Shown here: one piece after another, positions 39,880 through 52,824 of the stretch | Numbering within the stretch: the stretch's first letter is position 1 | How the letters are laid out: each line of letters starts with the position of its first letter | Source of the DNA: Trichoplax sp. H2 | Lineage: Eukaryota | Length of the DNA stretch: 64,000 bases | Direction of reading: 5' to 3' | Assembly: GCA_003344405.1 (NCBI GenBank) | Contig: NOWV01000196.1 | Span: 1 to 64,000, forward strand | Notes under the pieces: model-generated | Databases searched by the model: none | What the model was told of the DNA's origin: nothing | Seen by the model: only the letters and a program-made list of their open reading frames with translations | Made by a program: the position numbers and the translations under genes

Positions 39880-42800
39880 TTATGGCCATCTTTCATATAA
39901 GTCGATACAAGTTCGCTGTACCTGTCAATATAAAAAGTTTATGGACAGCATTTGAAAACTTGATCAATGTAATCTTTGATACCCTTATTCGTACGTCTTG
40001 CCTACCTCAAAATTAGGTGGTCTCTCTTGTGTTGTTTCTGCTAGACACCAAGCAGCTAAATTCAAAAGTTTCTTTCTTGGGCGGTAGATATCTATCTTGG
40101 TAATTGCAACTTTCCAGGAAATTCGCTTATCTTTCAACTTTTTCCAGTTTTTATGAGATGCATGCATTAAATAGTCTCTCTAATAAAGATATCATAAAAC
40201 AAATTAGATCATTTTCTGTATCAGTCTTTCAAAGAAACTGATTAATTATTATAGTTTAGGGAAGAAATCTCAATTAATGCCCGATAATGTGAAAGTATTT
40301 ACTAGCATAGATGGCCTTCTTTTCTTAACAAAAATCGGTTCACCAGATACCAATTCTAAGCAGATCTAAATACATATAATTAGATACCTATATTAGCAAA
40401 GTGTCTATTTGCTGTATGCTATACCAAATGCATTACTTACAGCCCCGAAACTATAAATGTCGTTTGCAGGAATTACTTTACCACAAAGAGCTTCATTACA
40501 GCAATAGCCAATCTTGCCTACATGAGATGGTAAGGTACTTTGCGCGTGGACACTTCCAGTGAAATCTAAACATCCATCACTTATTTTGGCAGATCCATTA
40601 TTATCTATCAAGACATTGGTACTGGTAGATAGAAAAATGTATTATAGATTGCTATTAAAACAGTCTAGCTTTAGTTAATTGCAGTGCAAGAGATGTAGTA
40701 TCACTTTAAAATTACCTTGTTAAGCAATTGTGAACTACGTTGCTATCGCGCAAGTAGCAAAGTCCGTTGATAACATCTTTAAGTATTGAAAGACGTTCCT
40801 TACATTGAGGCAGTTTATCTCCCTATTTTTTTAAAGATATACCGTAAAAATTCAGGCATATAATTTCATTGAGTGCCTTGATTTTGCTTTGTAAGGATTA
40901 AAATTACTATGGTTATCAGAATGTAATCCAAAGTTTAGTAAATACTGAACTTTTAGTGTCATTAGCTGCCGAAGTGAATAAGGTAGATATTCTTGTAATA
41001 GACCTCCAAGGTGAACATGGTAAGAATATGTAATTCGTAAGCTTTCATGATTTAGCCTATGGAAAAAGATTGATACAGAAAGATGAGGAGTGTAAGCAAT
41101 GTTACTAAAACTGGTGCCTTGATATCGTCCAATTTCAATTGCATTTACTCCTATTGTATATTCTTATTCTTTTTTTAAGATATTAAACAGGGGAATACTT
41201 TGATGGCTTGCATTATCATGCTCTAAAATAGTAACTAATTCTATTACAAATTTATCATCTACCTAAAATTTTATCAAAATGTGAACGGAAATGCCTTAAT
41301 AGATATTAACATGGCAGATACTTTTCATCATGCAGAAATGCTTCTACTCTAGCAGTATTCTTGCAGTCTACCCGAGATATCACACATTTCGATAGAATTA
41401 TGAATTAAAATTTCCTAATCTATATTAACATGATTACAATATACTTTGTCGTGTGTAAGTACTTTTACTCCACTTTCATTATGTAATACAGTTTTATTTA
41501 CTTTATAATATACTAGTAAACTGGTTAATTAAAGCACCCTCAATATCGAAAAGATTCTGGAATGAATGTCCTAAACTGGATTTATTTAATTAGTTTTCAA
41601 ATAATCGAGTAGAATTTTATTTAATCCCATAGAGCAGCTATAACTGGATAAAATGTTTATCGAAAGTATCATGGAAATGAACTTTCTTAATTTATATTAG
41701 TCTGATTAGCTTTCTCATTTTCGACTACTTCCTGTTCTTAAAGCTTACTGTAGTATCATATTTACCTATAGTTAGCGTCAGTATCTATAGATATATGCAA
41801 TAAACTTCTTTAGTTAATGCTAAGTACTTATATAATTATAATAAAGAGTTTTATTCGCTCCTATGGCAAACTTATATTTTAACCTATACTTAATGTACGA
41901 CCAGAAATCGAATCATTTTGCAATCGTATCTACTCTTGCAAGATAGTTATCTTGTAAATAACATCTCATCAATATCTGATGGTATTATTGAAAGAACTTA
42001 CCTGAGTAATTGCTCTATCAATTGATCTTTATCCGATAAATAACTGCTCATCTAATTTTGGACGACAAAAAATCAGAAATTCCGTTAAATTTTTTTTATT
42101 CCTATTTCAGCAAAAAATAAAGTACTAATAATGTCAGCTTTAGCTCTATCCCCGATAGGTTTAACTATTCTAGATTAACTAGGTTACACATCCAAAAATT
42201 GAAAGATCTATGCTGAATAGAGAACAATAACTAGGTTTCGGAACAATTCGATCAATAAACTCTTGTAACACTGTAGTAATTCTATTTGCTAATAGCTGTG
42301 GAGTTTAAGAATGAATACCAAAGAATCGAAACCTTTTGGCGATAATGTAAGTGATAATAACGGAGTGTGGATTAAAGGACATTGTCTTAGTCGTGCTACA
42401 GTACTAAAAATTACTCTTGCTACTGCCTACAGTTGTCTTGAAGGCAAAACCTTGCTCTGATAGGCATGTTTAATGACGATTACTATACTTATAGGCATAA
42501 TAATCGCCATTTAATAAAATCTATCAAAGCCATCTTGGGTTACATCCAATCTAATGGAAATAGTTTTCTATAACGATGAATTACCGTACATAAAGATGCA
42601 GCAATGCAAAGGAATATCACTATTTACGTCAATGTTGATAAATTTGGTAAAAGAAAGACAAAAACGCAAAAATTTCACCATTATGTTAAGAATTAGATGC
42701 TGCCATCAGTACTGTGTATCTAAGCACTTGAAAAAGGAAGTAAAATTTATAGTATCGTTCAAGACATTCCTTTAGTTTTTACTGTTCTAATGTGTCGTTG

Positions 42801-44953
42801 TATCAGAGGAATGAAAGTTTACTGCTCTAACCATTTTAATATTGCGATACTGTAGTCGTATTGCCTAAAGTTTGTCTTAAAGGCAAGACCCTGCACTGAT
42901 CGGCAACTTCAGTGACGATTATTATGCTTATAAACCGAATTAATATCATTTAAAACCTATCAAAATCGTCTTGGCTTAAATACAATTTAACAGAAACACA
43001 GTAGTTATTCATAACGATGAATTAGTTTATACAAAGATGTGCCGATGGAATGGAGTATTACACTATTTACATCAATGTTGATAATTATGGTAAGAGAAAG
43101 ACAAAAAAAACGTAATAAATATATGATTACTATAAAGGAATTAGTTGCCATTATTAATGCTGTCAACTAAGTACTTAATAAAGGAAGGGAAATTTATGGA
43201 ATCGTTCAAGGCGCTCCTTTAGTTATTAGTTTTCTAATGTGTCATTCTATTAGCAGAATGATAGTTTACTGCTCTAACCTTTCTACTATTGTCTTTGAAC
43301 TTATAAGCAGAACATGTACTTCTAATTGGAAAATATTAGATGAGAAAAGTGGTTACAGTAAGAGATTCGTTATAAGTGGACAGAGTCAATTTCATTGCTC
43401 TAAAAGATCCAATATTTCTCTTAATTTATAAACTGAATATGCAGTTTTAATTGGCAAATATTAGAAGAGAAAAATGGCCATATCGACAAATAGAAAGTTC
43501 AGTTTCTTGCTGTTCAGAAAACAGTGTTGGTCTAGACAATATTACGGTTATATCACATAGTTTGTTCAATTCATTGATGAAGTATTTGCTAATCAACGAT
43601 TAAAGAATGGAATTGATTAGTAAACCGATCACAATGTTCATTAGTTGGATAATGGAGAGAATTTAAATTGCCTTGGATTAAAAACTGATAGTAAACTGCG
43701 TGACGAATGAAAATGGTTAATATCGTTTATGGAAAAATTAAAATAGTGGAAGTGTGGGATAGACGTCGTCGAGCATCATCCTCTTTTATGTGTAATAAAG
43801 TGTTTTCCAAAAAATAAAACAAGAATCAGTTTCCTGTAAACCTTACTTTATTGCATCGATTAAGTTCGTCTTTCAAATACCAAGGACTATCTATTTTCCG
43901 TCCATCATTTTAATATTAAGCTAATTTGGGGCTGAATGACGATACGAAATGCCTATTTTATTGGTTTGATCAGGGTAAAAACATGTAGATGTTGTACCTT
44001 GTTTTAAGTCTACAGTATAGTACATCACCAATTTGAATATCTTTAACGTAAATACGTTGTTTAAGATAGGTAAAATGTGAGCAAATAATTGTGTTCGAAC
44101 CCCTTATTCCCAAGTTAAAATGATCTACGAGCAACTTTAGATGGGGTTGACTGACTTGGGTTAGAAACAAAAATTGTTTTGATACAGACCATGATATATC
44201 ATTATGAATTTAAGAATTCGTTTAAATTATTATAACTGGCGTATAGTTTCAAGTGCTAGTATAGCAATTGAGAATAGAATATCTTAATAGAAACATTCAT
44301 TAAATGATCTACAACAGAATTTACCTCTGGTTTCCATTTTTTAAACGCTGAAACTTTACCATCGATAGTAATTCTATACGTAGTGCTAAAGAAGCCCGGT
44401 AGCGCCAACGCTTTCTTAATGGCTGATTGAATCGCCTAAATCAGAATGCGAACTATATTGAGTGCACCGAAACTCAAATTGATTCTATCCATTTCTAATA
44501 GCATTATTGATTGTGTAAAACTCAATACCCGTATAGTCATCTCTCAAGGAACTTACAGAGTCCGATGGAGGAGCTTGATCATCGTTATCCCCGATTGGTG
44601 AATAATCATTTGCTTTAGGTACATCAGCATAGATGACACTAGCTCGAAAGAGTCTTGAAAAGCAATTCAACCAAGGGCAACAACCACCCTAATACCGTAT
44701 CCATAACCGAATAAAATGATGTCAAAGCCAAAATTAGTATTTTACCTTATTCATAGTGGCTGCAACTATCACTTATCCGTATTTCAACAAGCGTTTTAAA
44801 TGCAGTAGCAATCATCTATTTTAGCCTATTCTATCATCAGTGATGGAACGAGACGTTGGGCATTAATCTACAGTATTTCAAGTTTTTACAACTTACGTGA
44901 CATGGCTCATCCTGATCTTCATATTGGATATTTCCTGTAGACCGTGGTTCCAT
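39880..44953 (-). CDS. P4: P-clade pseudokinase (most divergent copy), 10 exons
   Basis: First exon 44953-~44897 (MEPRSTGNIQYEDQDEPCH), then GGCCPWLNCFSRLFR.. (~44689-44558), LPGFFSTTY..SAFKKW (~44435-44325), MSSYLSDKDQLIEQLLR (~42051-42002), LNHESLR.., VHNCLTS^TNVLI..AKISDGC..IGYCCNEAL..NDIYSFGA, ICLELVSG, SHKNWKKLKD..RPRK..CL..RP, and last exon 39921-39880 (VQRTCIDLYERWP*). Confidence 0.86.
42395..43262. repeat. Diverged tandem duplication, 2 x ~435 bp, in P4 intron 3
   Basis: ttgtctt.aaggcaa.acc.tgc.ctgat.ggca, ataacgatgaatta, cactatttac.tcaatgttgataa, gaaagacaaaaa, atcgttcaag, ttctaatgtgtc and agtttactgctctaacc are each present twice, colinear. Confidence 0.9.
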
Positions 44954-45542
44954 GTTTTTAATCAATGGTATCAATCGGCATGAAATAAAGACATCTTGCC
45001 ACGGAAGAGTGGCACAAAATTGGTCAAAACTAGGAGCAACAGTCTAGTGTCGTTGACAATTTTAAAAGTGTTTTGAAAATTAACTCTGGCATCACTTGAC
45101 GGTAGTTTTCCATGTTAATATTATTAGATAAAGAAAACGAATGAATGGGCACCCTACTGTGACTTCCATCACGTGATATCGATCAGGCTGATAAGAAGAA
45201 TGAATATAAATCGAAGGTATTGTCCTCCACGAGGGGAACAATAGCACTAGACAATAGGCGGAGAGGGCAGTAGGCAGGCCATCGTGAAAAAACTTTTATG
45301 CCGGTGTTTGCTATCTATAAGTTCACTTTAAAAAGCTTCATTTTGACACCAGGATTTCGAGATGAATTTCTAGGATGTCCAATATGGACTAGAATCTGTT
45401 TTCTTTATAGCTTCCTACCAGCTTATTAATCTCTAAAATGAACAAAACGATAACGATTAAAGATAAATTCGACTAAAACAGCGTCTCTTCGTCTCTATTG
45501 GAAGTGAATAGTATCATAAAATTTGGCGTAATATCTGATAGA

Positions 45543-46437
45543 TTACTCTTTCCCTATCTCACAAGTTGATCTAATTCTGGCGTCATCATGTAACAGCTTG
45601 CAATATCGTATATTGAACTTGGTTACGATTTAAAAATGATCAACTAGGTTCTTTGAATCAAGTTCATCATAAGATTGTTTCTTACTTCTTAAATCTTGCA
45701 ATAAAGTACTGTTTCTATTCCTACTCTGAAACAATCACTCAATAATTTGTCTCTCAATGCAGTGGATAAGAATAGTTTACGGGTTTTACTTCAAATACTT
45801 GTTCAATATCAAATTAGCACTTAGACCAAGTAAAACTATAAGTAGCAAGATCTTAAACTGAACTCTCTTCCTGAAAATGTCAGCGTTTAACATCTTTCAT
45901 TTCAGACTATTAAAATGGTTATTTTAAGTAGTAATGTTGTAGTACTTCGTCAGCAAAGCGACGGGTTATAGGTGTACTTCTCATTATTTATACTTTACTC
46001 TTTTCCCATTTAAGTTGATCTAATTCTAGCGTCATCATGTTAACTGCTTACAATCTATATTGAACTTGGTTACGATGTAGAAATGATTAACATGGTTCTT
46101 CGATTCGAGTTTATCTTAAGATTGCTTCTTACTTCTAAAATCTTGCAATAAAGTACTTTTCCTATCCTGGCCTTAAACAGTTACTCAATAATATAATATG
46201 TCTCCAAATGTAGCATATAAAATTGTTTTCTTACTTCAAACATTTGTAAAATATTAATATAGTAAATTTAGACCATGTAAAACTACACATAGCTAGATCT
46301 TAGACTGAGCTCCCTTCCTAAAGGAGTCAGCCTTTTATATCCTTCATTTAGGACTATTAAAACTGCTACTTTAAGTAACAATATTGTGACTCATGCTCCG
46401 TCAGTAAAGCGACGTGGTGCAGGATTAGTTCTCATTC
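45543..46437. repeat. Diverged tandem duplication, 2 x ~450 bp, upstream of P4
   Basis: aagttgatctaattct.gcgtcatcatgt, tatattgaacttggttacgat, aaatcttgcaataaagtact, gactattaaaa and cgtcag.aaagcgacg are each present twice. Confidence 0.92.
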
Positions 46438-47386
46438 TAGCCTGCAGTTATCTTCTCTAAATTATCCACTAACAGCACTCGATAATCCTATAGTCTTGTA
46501 CTTTATTACACCCGCCTAAATGTGATTTGTATGACAGCTAGCCAATTCAGGTCTAGCGCTGCCATCTCACTTGTAATTATCGAGATCACACCATAGAATC
46601 TATATTCCTACAAATTGATGATCACGATTTATCGGCATGTCGTTTTCTACTAAAAAAATGAAATGTGCAAAGTTTATTCGGTCAACTTAATCGGTCATCC
46701 ACTTTTGTTTTGACCATGTCTATTCCTCATATAAAATCAAACGAAATGGCTGTTGTTCTCTTTTACAATCTAGCAATGGTCAGCAAGGTTTTTTCGATTC
46801 TAATCCACCTTAAGATAGATTCTTGTTACTTACCGTACATCTCCGTTGTTGTAGTTTCTTCAAAAATAAAATGATCATGGTCTAGTTGGTAATGAATTTA
46901 TATGTTTTGACGTAGTGTACATCTCGCCAAAAAAATTACAGTTCTCGTCTACAAACTAGAATTGATCAATAAGGTACTTTAATTCTCCTCTTTCCATCAA
47001 TAAAAACATGTCGAGGAACTGAAACAAAGCCTTACTGGTATTATATTACATACGGTAATATGATGGATTCCTTACTTATGATCAATCGAGATTTAGCGGC
47101 GTTCTTCAAAAAGATTTCATTGTAGTTGATACAGCTAGCCGAAATTATGGTTTAGCAAATCATTTTTTTGTTCTGGATAATACTGTAAGAAACTATGTAG
47201 GAATAATCATCTCCTAACGGTAAAACAACGAAGCTTTATTCCATGTCTATTCTTCTACAGTAAGAGAATTGATCATGTTAATATTGTAAGCATGAATTAG
47301 CTAAGCCGTAACGGTAAACCCGTCAAGATCTGTTGTCTACTTCTTTTAACATGAATTATTGTAGTCATTGTAGAATGCAGCTACTC

Positions 47387-47915
47387 CACTTAGCAGGGAA
47401 TCTTCTTAAGGTCTGAATGGAACAATTGTAGACTAATGCTTACTAATATCTTAACGTAATATTCAGTTACGACACTAATTTTATTCGCGCGGAAACTAGC
47501 TTGCAGCTCAAGAATAAAGGTACCTATTAGTGTGTTGCAGCCGATACGATAGTACATGCCTTTATGATCTGTTATAATTCTAAGGATACAATAAAAGATA
47601 CCTTTAGTTAGAATTATTACTTACCCCATTTCAATCTAAGCAGTATAGAATATAATCGCTTAGCGGGGTATCCTCTTAACGTCTAAATGGAACAATTGTA
47701 GACCGATAATTATTATGCTATAGCGCAATAATCTATAACGACATTAATTTTTAAGCATGGAAGCTTGATTGCTGCTAAGAATCATGGTATCTATTGGTGT
47801 ACTAAAGTCGATAAAATTTGAGTATATGATCTGCTATGATTCTACAGATACGATACAGGATGCCGTCAATTATAATTATTAGTTACCTCCAATTTCATTC
47901 TAAGCAGCAAAATAG
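47387..47915. repeat. Diverged tandem duplication, 2 x ~265 bp
   Basis: cttagc.ggg.atc.tcttaa.gtct.aatggaacaattgtagac, acgaca.taatttt, ggta.ctatt.gtgt, tatgatctg and tctaagcag are repeated in the copies starting ~47387 and ~47657. Confidence 0.88.
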
Positions 47916-49012
47916 GCGTTAATGGGAACAGGTAAAGTTAATGAACCAAAGTCGATCGGACATACTAATGTGGAAGTCACTAGTAATCAATCCTAACTCC
48001 GAAATTATCTGAGATTGATAGTTTTAAAAATAAAGACAAAAAATACGAACCTATTTCGCATGAATCCTTCATCAACTACAGTATAAGAAGGTACTACTAG
48101 GAATATCTGTCATTTTTCCTAACGCTTACCCAAAAATTATATTAGTTCATATAAAAAGGCATTTACGCTTTTTGCATCAAATTTTTTTAAAGCCTCCAGC
48201 TTTTTACAGATATGAAGAAAGCCGTAGTACTATTAGAATACTTAGTATTTCACAGAATGCCTCCAATTAATTCGTGATATCGGTAGTTTTTGCATTGAAA
48301 TTGAGGTTTATACTAAATCTAAACCCTAATCATCGGTCTATAGGTGTTTAGCTAGTGATCTAAAATTTCGCATAAACTTTCAAAAAGTGCAAAAAAATAC
48401 GATACTACTAGAGTTGGTGCTAGAAGATTTCTGCTTATATAGTCAGATGAATCTTGCAACAAAACAGAGAAGAACTGCTCGACATTCGTTAGAGATAACG
48501 AAAGAACACTTTGCTCTTCTAGTTTCATAATTATACTAGCATAAATCTGCAAATAATTTAGAAAACTATGGTAAAATAGTGTTGGAGACGGTAAAAGAAC
48601 ATTTGCTTTCACTGTAGCATATTTTATTTTAAAATTCAGTACATAAACAAACGATTGAAAAACACTCTTATAAGACAACATCGTAAAGTGAATGAGCCAA
48701 AACATGTCAATAAATGAAATTCCTTAGAGGTCTTCAATTATATATGTGTAGAATATTACTTTATATACTTTTATCCAACCTTAAAACAGTGTTCGTATCT
48801 CATAGATAGCCGATAAGCATAGGACTTTAATTACTTCATAAAAACCAAATTTTAACATGTTGAACAGTACTAACACTTTAGGCATAGTTTTATATGGTAG
48901 TCCATTGCCAAGGAAAATAAAAATTTTCGTAACTATTATTAAGATGATAGGAATGATGCGATCATAGAATTTCGATGTAAATAGGATTGTCAATTTGCAA
49001 GGTTATATTCAT
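47900..49012 (-). pseudogene. Possible decayed intronless 7TM (rhodopsin-like GPCR) relic
   Basis: ATG at ~49012 gives MNITLQ (N-glycosylation sequon). A shifted frame gives hydrophobic IIPIILIIVTKIFIFLGNGL (TM1 'GN'-like), and further hydrophobic ORF fragments (48352-48705) are broken by stops and frameshifts. Weak. Confidence 0.25.
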
Positions 49013-49957
49013 TTCGGTGATAGATAGCGTTGAATATGATTAGTTGAGGAGAAGAATAAACATCTTTTCCTTCAACTTCACAAATTGAATTTACTCTTAT
49101 AACATTATTGAAAATGATCGATTAAAGCCAGTATCTCTTAACAAATGAATTATTCGTAAATTCATATGGATTTAGCAATTGTATCAGTTTCGATAATTTT
49201 TTATATAGGGAAAGCTTTAAGGTAACATATTCAGTTGCATATTAAATGAATACGCTCTGTGCAATTAAGTTAAACTCAATTTTTCTTTATGTTTAACTAT
49301 GTCAAAGAGTTTTGCGCCTTATAATTTAATGTCTCCATTTTCTTTTTCAGGATGTTGTATAATTATATATGTCAGCAGGTAAATTTATCTGAAAGATTAA
49401 CTGGTTTGTAGCTATAAAGATATTTAACGAATATTTTTTAAGAGTTTGCTAATACTTGAATTATTGCAATAACATCAAATTTCTTTCCATATCTATTTTA
49501 AGCTGATGAAAGTCTATTGTAACATTAAACGTTAAATTAACGCCCAAAACCGAAAATAATCACCAGGCTGTTGTATTGATCTAAAGAATAAATTCCTACC
49601 TTGATGAAGGTGAATCTTAGACAATAAATGGAGGTAGGAGTTGAGAATAGATTTCAAATTGCGCTTAGCAAAAAATTTTAGGATCAATATTATATCTATT
49701 TCTCATTGTAGAAGGATAAAAATGGCATTAAAAATTAAAGGATTGCGGCTGGCTTACGACTATCGAATTGTTTTAAAAGTATCAAGTGTAGTCTTTTTTT
49801 AACAGCCAATGCTGCAAGTAAAAATGACGTCTGTATCCCTTTGCTTAAAGAAATGGTTAGAATGGCTATCTTAAGACATTCACTACCATTGATTTAGCTG
49901 TATTGAACCAAATAATAGCCCCAATACTATCAAGATGTTACAGTTGTGGCCAATTTT

Positions 49958-52824
49958 TTACTCTTGTATCGATGAATTACTTCTTGAGATTCGCCGTAGT
50001 CGAATAAGCGATGCTAAATAGTTTACAATCTATGATGATGAAGAAATAAAGCAGTGAAATAGTTGCCGATGGAATTTGCAACCTAATGATAGTAAAGCTA
50101 ATGTGATATGGCAGAAAAGCATTAAAAACTTGGCTTACGAAAACAATTTATAATTAATGTAATGGAGGGGAAAGAAAGAGTACAATATTGGCATGTGAGA
50201 ATGATTTACTATTCTGATGTCACATTTTGAAAAAAAAGTGAAATTTTTGCCTATTAAAATATCTATAGCCAAATGTAATGTAGGAGAAGGTGGTAAACTA
50301 TTTATTTACCAAATAATTAAATGCCCAATAAGATATAAAAAAAATAAAGTGCAAAATACTTGTCTGCAAAACAATTTAAAACCTAATATGACAGAAGAAA
50401 AATAGTCCAACTTTGGCCTAGGATTATTGATAGGTATAAAGTTATTAAAATTATAAGGTACTATGATGTATGCTTACAGAAGATATGTCCGGCCTTTTAT
50501 ATCGGTTATCTTCCAAGCAAACTTTCGCTAAGGCTAATAATTTCCATGCAAATTTTTGCGGCCATTTTGCTACTGGATCAAGAGGGAAACTCCATTTATC
50601 ATAGGCATAGCAATACTGAAAGTATTGAGCCTGAAATTGATAAAAAGAAAATAGATTTTCTCATAGTTGAAATTACCTTAGGAGAGCTTAGTCTTGCAAA
50701 AGGATATTATTTAACTGACTTGAAGAATAATAAAAATGTTCAGTCAAACATTAGTGAATTCTTTATTCATTCATCGTTTTTATTTTAAATTGTAAAGTAG
50801 GATTAGTTGATAATTGCATCAATAGAACGATAGAAAGTGGTCTGCTTATTGAATGTCACGACTTGTCAATCATTAAGCATGCAGAAGTATAAATTTTACT
50901 CTTCTCGATATAAGGATAAGTCACGCAACAAACTACCTCAATATTCTTACTGATGCCATTAACTACGTCAACTATTTATATTCCATCTACTTCACGATTC
51001 TAAATGTATTTTTCTTTGCAAGTTATCCTTGATAACTTACTAAGTAACGGTGTTTACGATTGGTGGCACAATTGGCTTTGCCTGAAACAACTTCAAGTAT
51101 CACCTAAAACAGATAGAAATATCCTCTTTAAGCGTTTCTATCAATTGAATAGCCATTAGAAATGACTTAACAGTTGAATGTTTGAAATTTGAACTGACCA
51201 CACCAAAGCTGTAGATATCAAATCTTCTGGAAATAATACCAACCCGAGCTTCTGGCGGTGCATAACCTCGAGTACCTGCATTATCTTGAGCTATAGTTAC
51301 ACTCGTATTATTTTTTCCACCATATATTACTGTCACCAATCCAAAATCGCATATTTTTGGAACATAATTCTGATCGAGTAGGATATTCGCTGTTTTAATA
51401 TCTCGATGAATTAAGGAGTAATGAAATCCAGTATGAAGGAAACGAATCCCTTTAGCGATTCCTGCGCAAATTTGTAATCTGACTATATAATTTAGATTGC
51501 AATCCTGTTTTAACAAACCAAAATTGAGCTTTGTCAATATCTAGAACCAATTTCATCCTCGACTTCATTACTTAACAAGAGAAGTTAGCAATTGCTGATA
51601 TCACGTATAGTATGTAATCAAGTGAAATAATGAAAAGGCTTATTGGATTTTTTCCCTAAAAGTAAAATATTTTACATCAGCTACATCTGAACAATATAAC
51701 CTTTTCTTTCAAGTTCGATTTTAAACTGCCATTGCTCACATACTGCATAATTAAGCAGTGGTGGCCTTTGACTTGCATAGATTGATATAATTTAACCAAG
51801 TTGGAGTGCTCGCATCTAATGTAAAATAGATCATGAATGAAAAGCGAAACAAACACTATGTTTGCATTTAAACTGACATACAATAAACACTGCCAAAGCA
51901 GAAACTGATTTATTTGAAGGAGAGTAAACTAATTCAATGTCACCGAAGTAATGATTGTCTTGTCATCCAAATGCTAATGTTACCGTATGTAAATAGTCGA
52001 TTATTCATAGACCAAAAATATTGCGTCAATCTAATAAAGATATTTATCAATTATAGATGAATAATCCGTCTTACTGCATAAGATATTGATTTTCTGTTCG
52101 AAATTCCTTGGAAACCTACTCATAAAAATCACGTTGAAAGTGCGAGCACAATAGTAAATTTGGTGTAGATCATTAATTTAATCCCACATAGTTTCGTCTT
52201 TAATCGTACTTATTCTATCAGCAAGTGATGGAGGCTATACTACTAAGCATTTTATTATTCAATTAAAACGAATGATAGAATAAAAATTTTAAGAGAATCA
52301 TAGTAAAACATAGGATTGAAGTTTATCCTTTCTACTTACGCCATCCTTAATTCGTTTGATAGCAACAACGCCATAGGACGGTAGTTTACCCTTATAAACC
52401 TCACCAAAACCACCACTTCCTATTTTATATTCTTCATTAAAATCGTGAGTCGCGGCAATTATATCCTAATAGAAGTGTGAGAGAAATAGCGACAATTGCT
52501 TGTTACTACAGTTTTAATCTATCGAGGTGTATTTAGAAAGGGATAATTTGATGAATCCAAATTATAGGACAGTTGGAAATGTTTAGTCTTGTAGTCGATT
52601 ATTTAAAGTTGAGAATCAATTTTACCTTAGAACAGATCTTGACATACTGGCAATCATTATTAGCGTTGATCGGTAATGATTTTTGTTGTTGCTGTCGTGG
52701 TAAAAGGAATAGGATAGGTTAGACGATATAGATTACTCTGAGAAAAAATGGATTATAGCGTAAAAAATAGACAAATCGATTCTTTAACCTTACGGTTACA
52801 CTTTTTAGAATAGAGACACCCCAT
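49958..52824 (-). CDS. K5: Pelle/IRAK-like Ser/Thr kinase, catalytically intact, 9 exons
   Basis: MGCLYSKKCNRK (start 52824), QQQKSLP.., DIIAATHDFNEEYKIGSGGFGEVYKG..VAIKR, VSKEFRTENQYL, CEHSNLVKL..IMQYVSNGSL, HRDIKTANILLD..DFG..GTRGYAPPE..DIYSFG, VILEVVSG, FPLDPVAKWP..CL..RP. The best-fitting last exon is 50029-49958 (IVNYLASL..*); alternative acceptors exist near 50380 and 50080. Confidence 0.88.
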
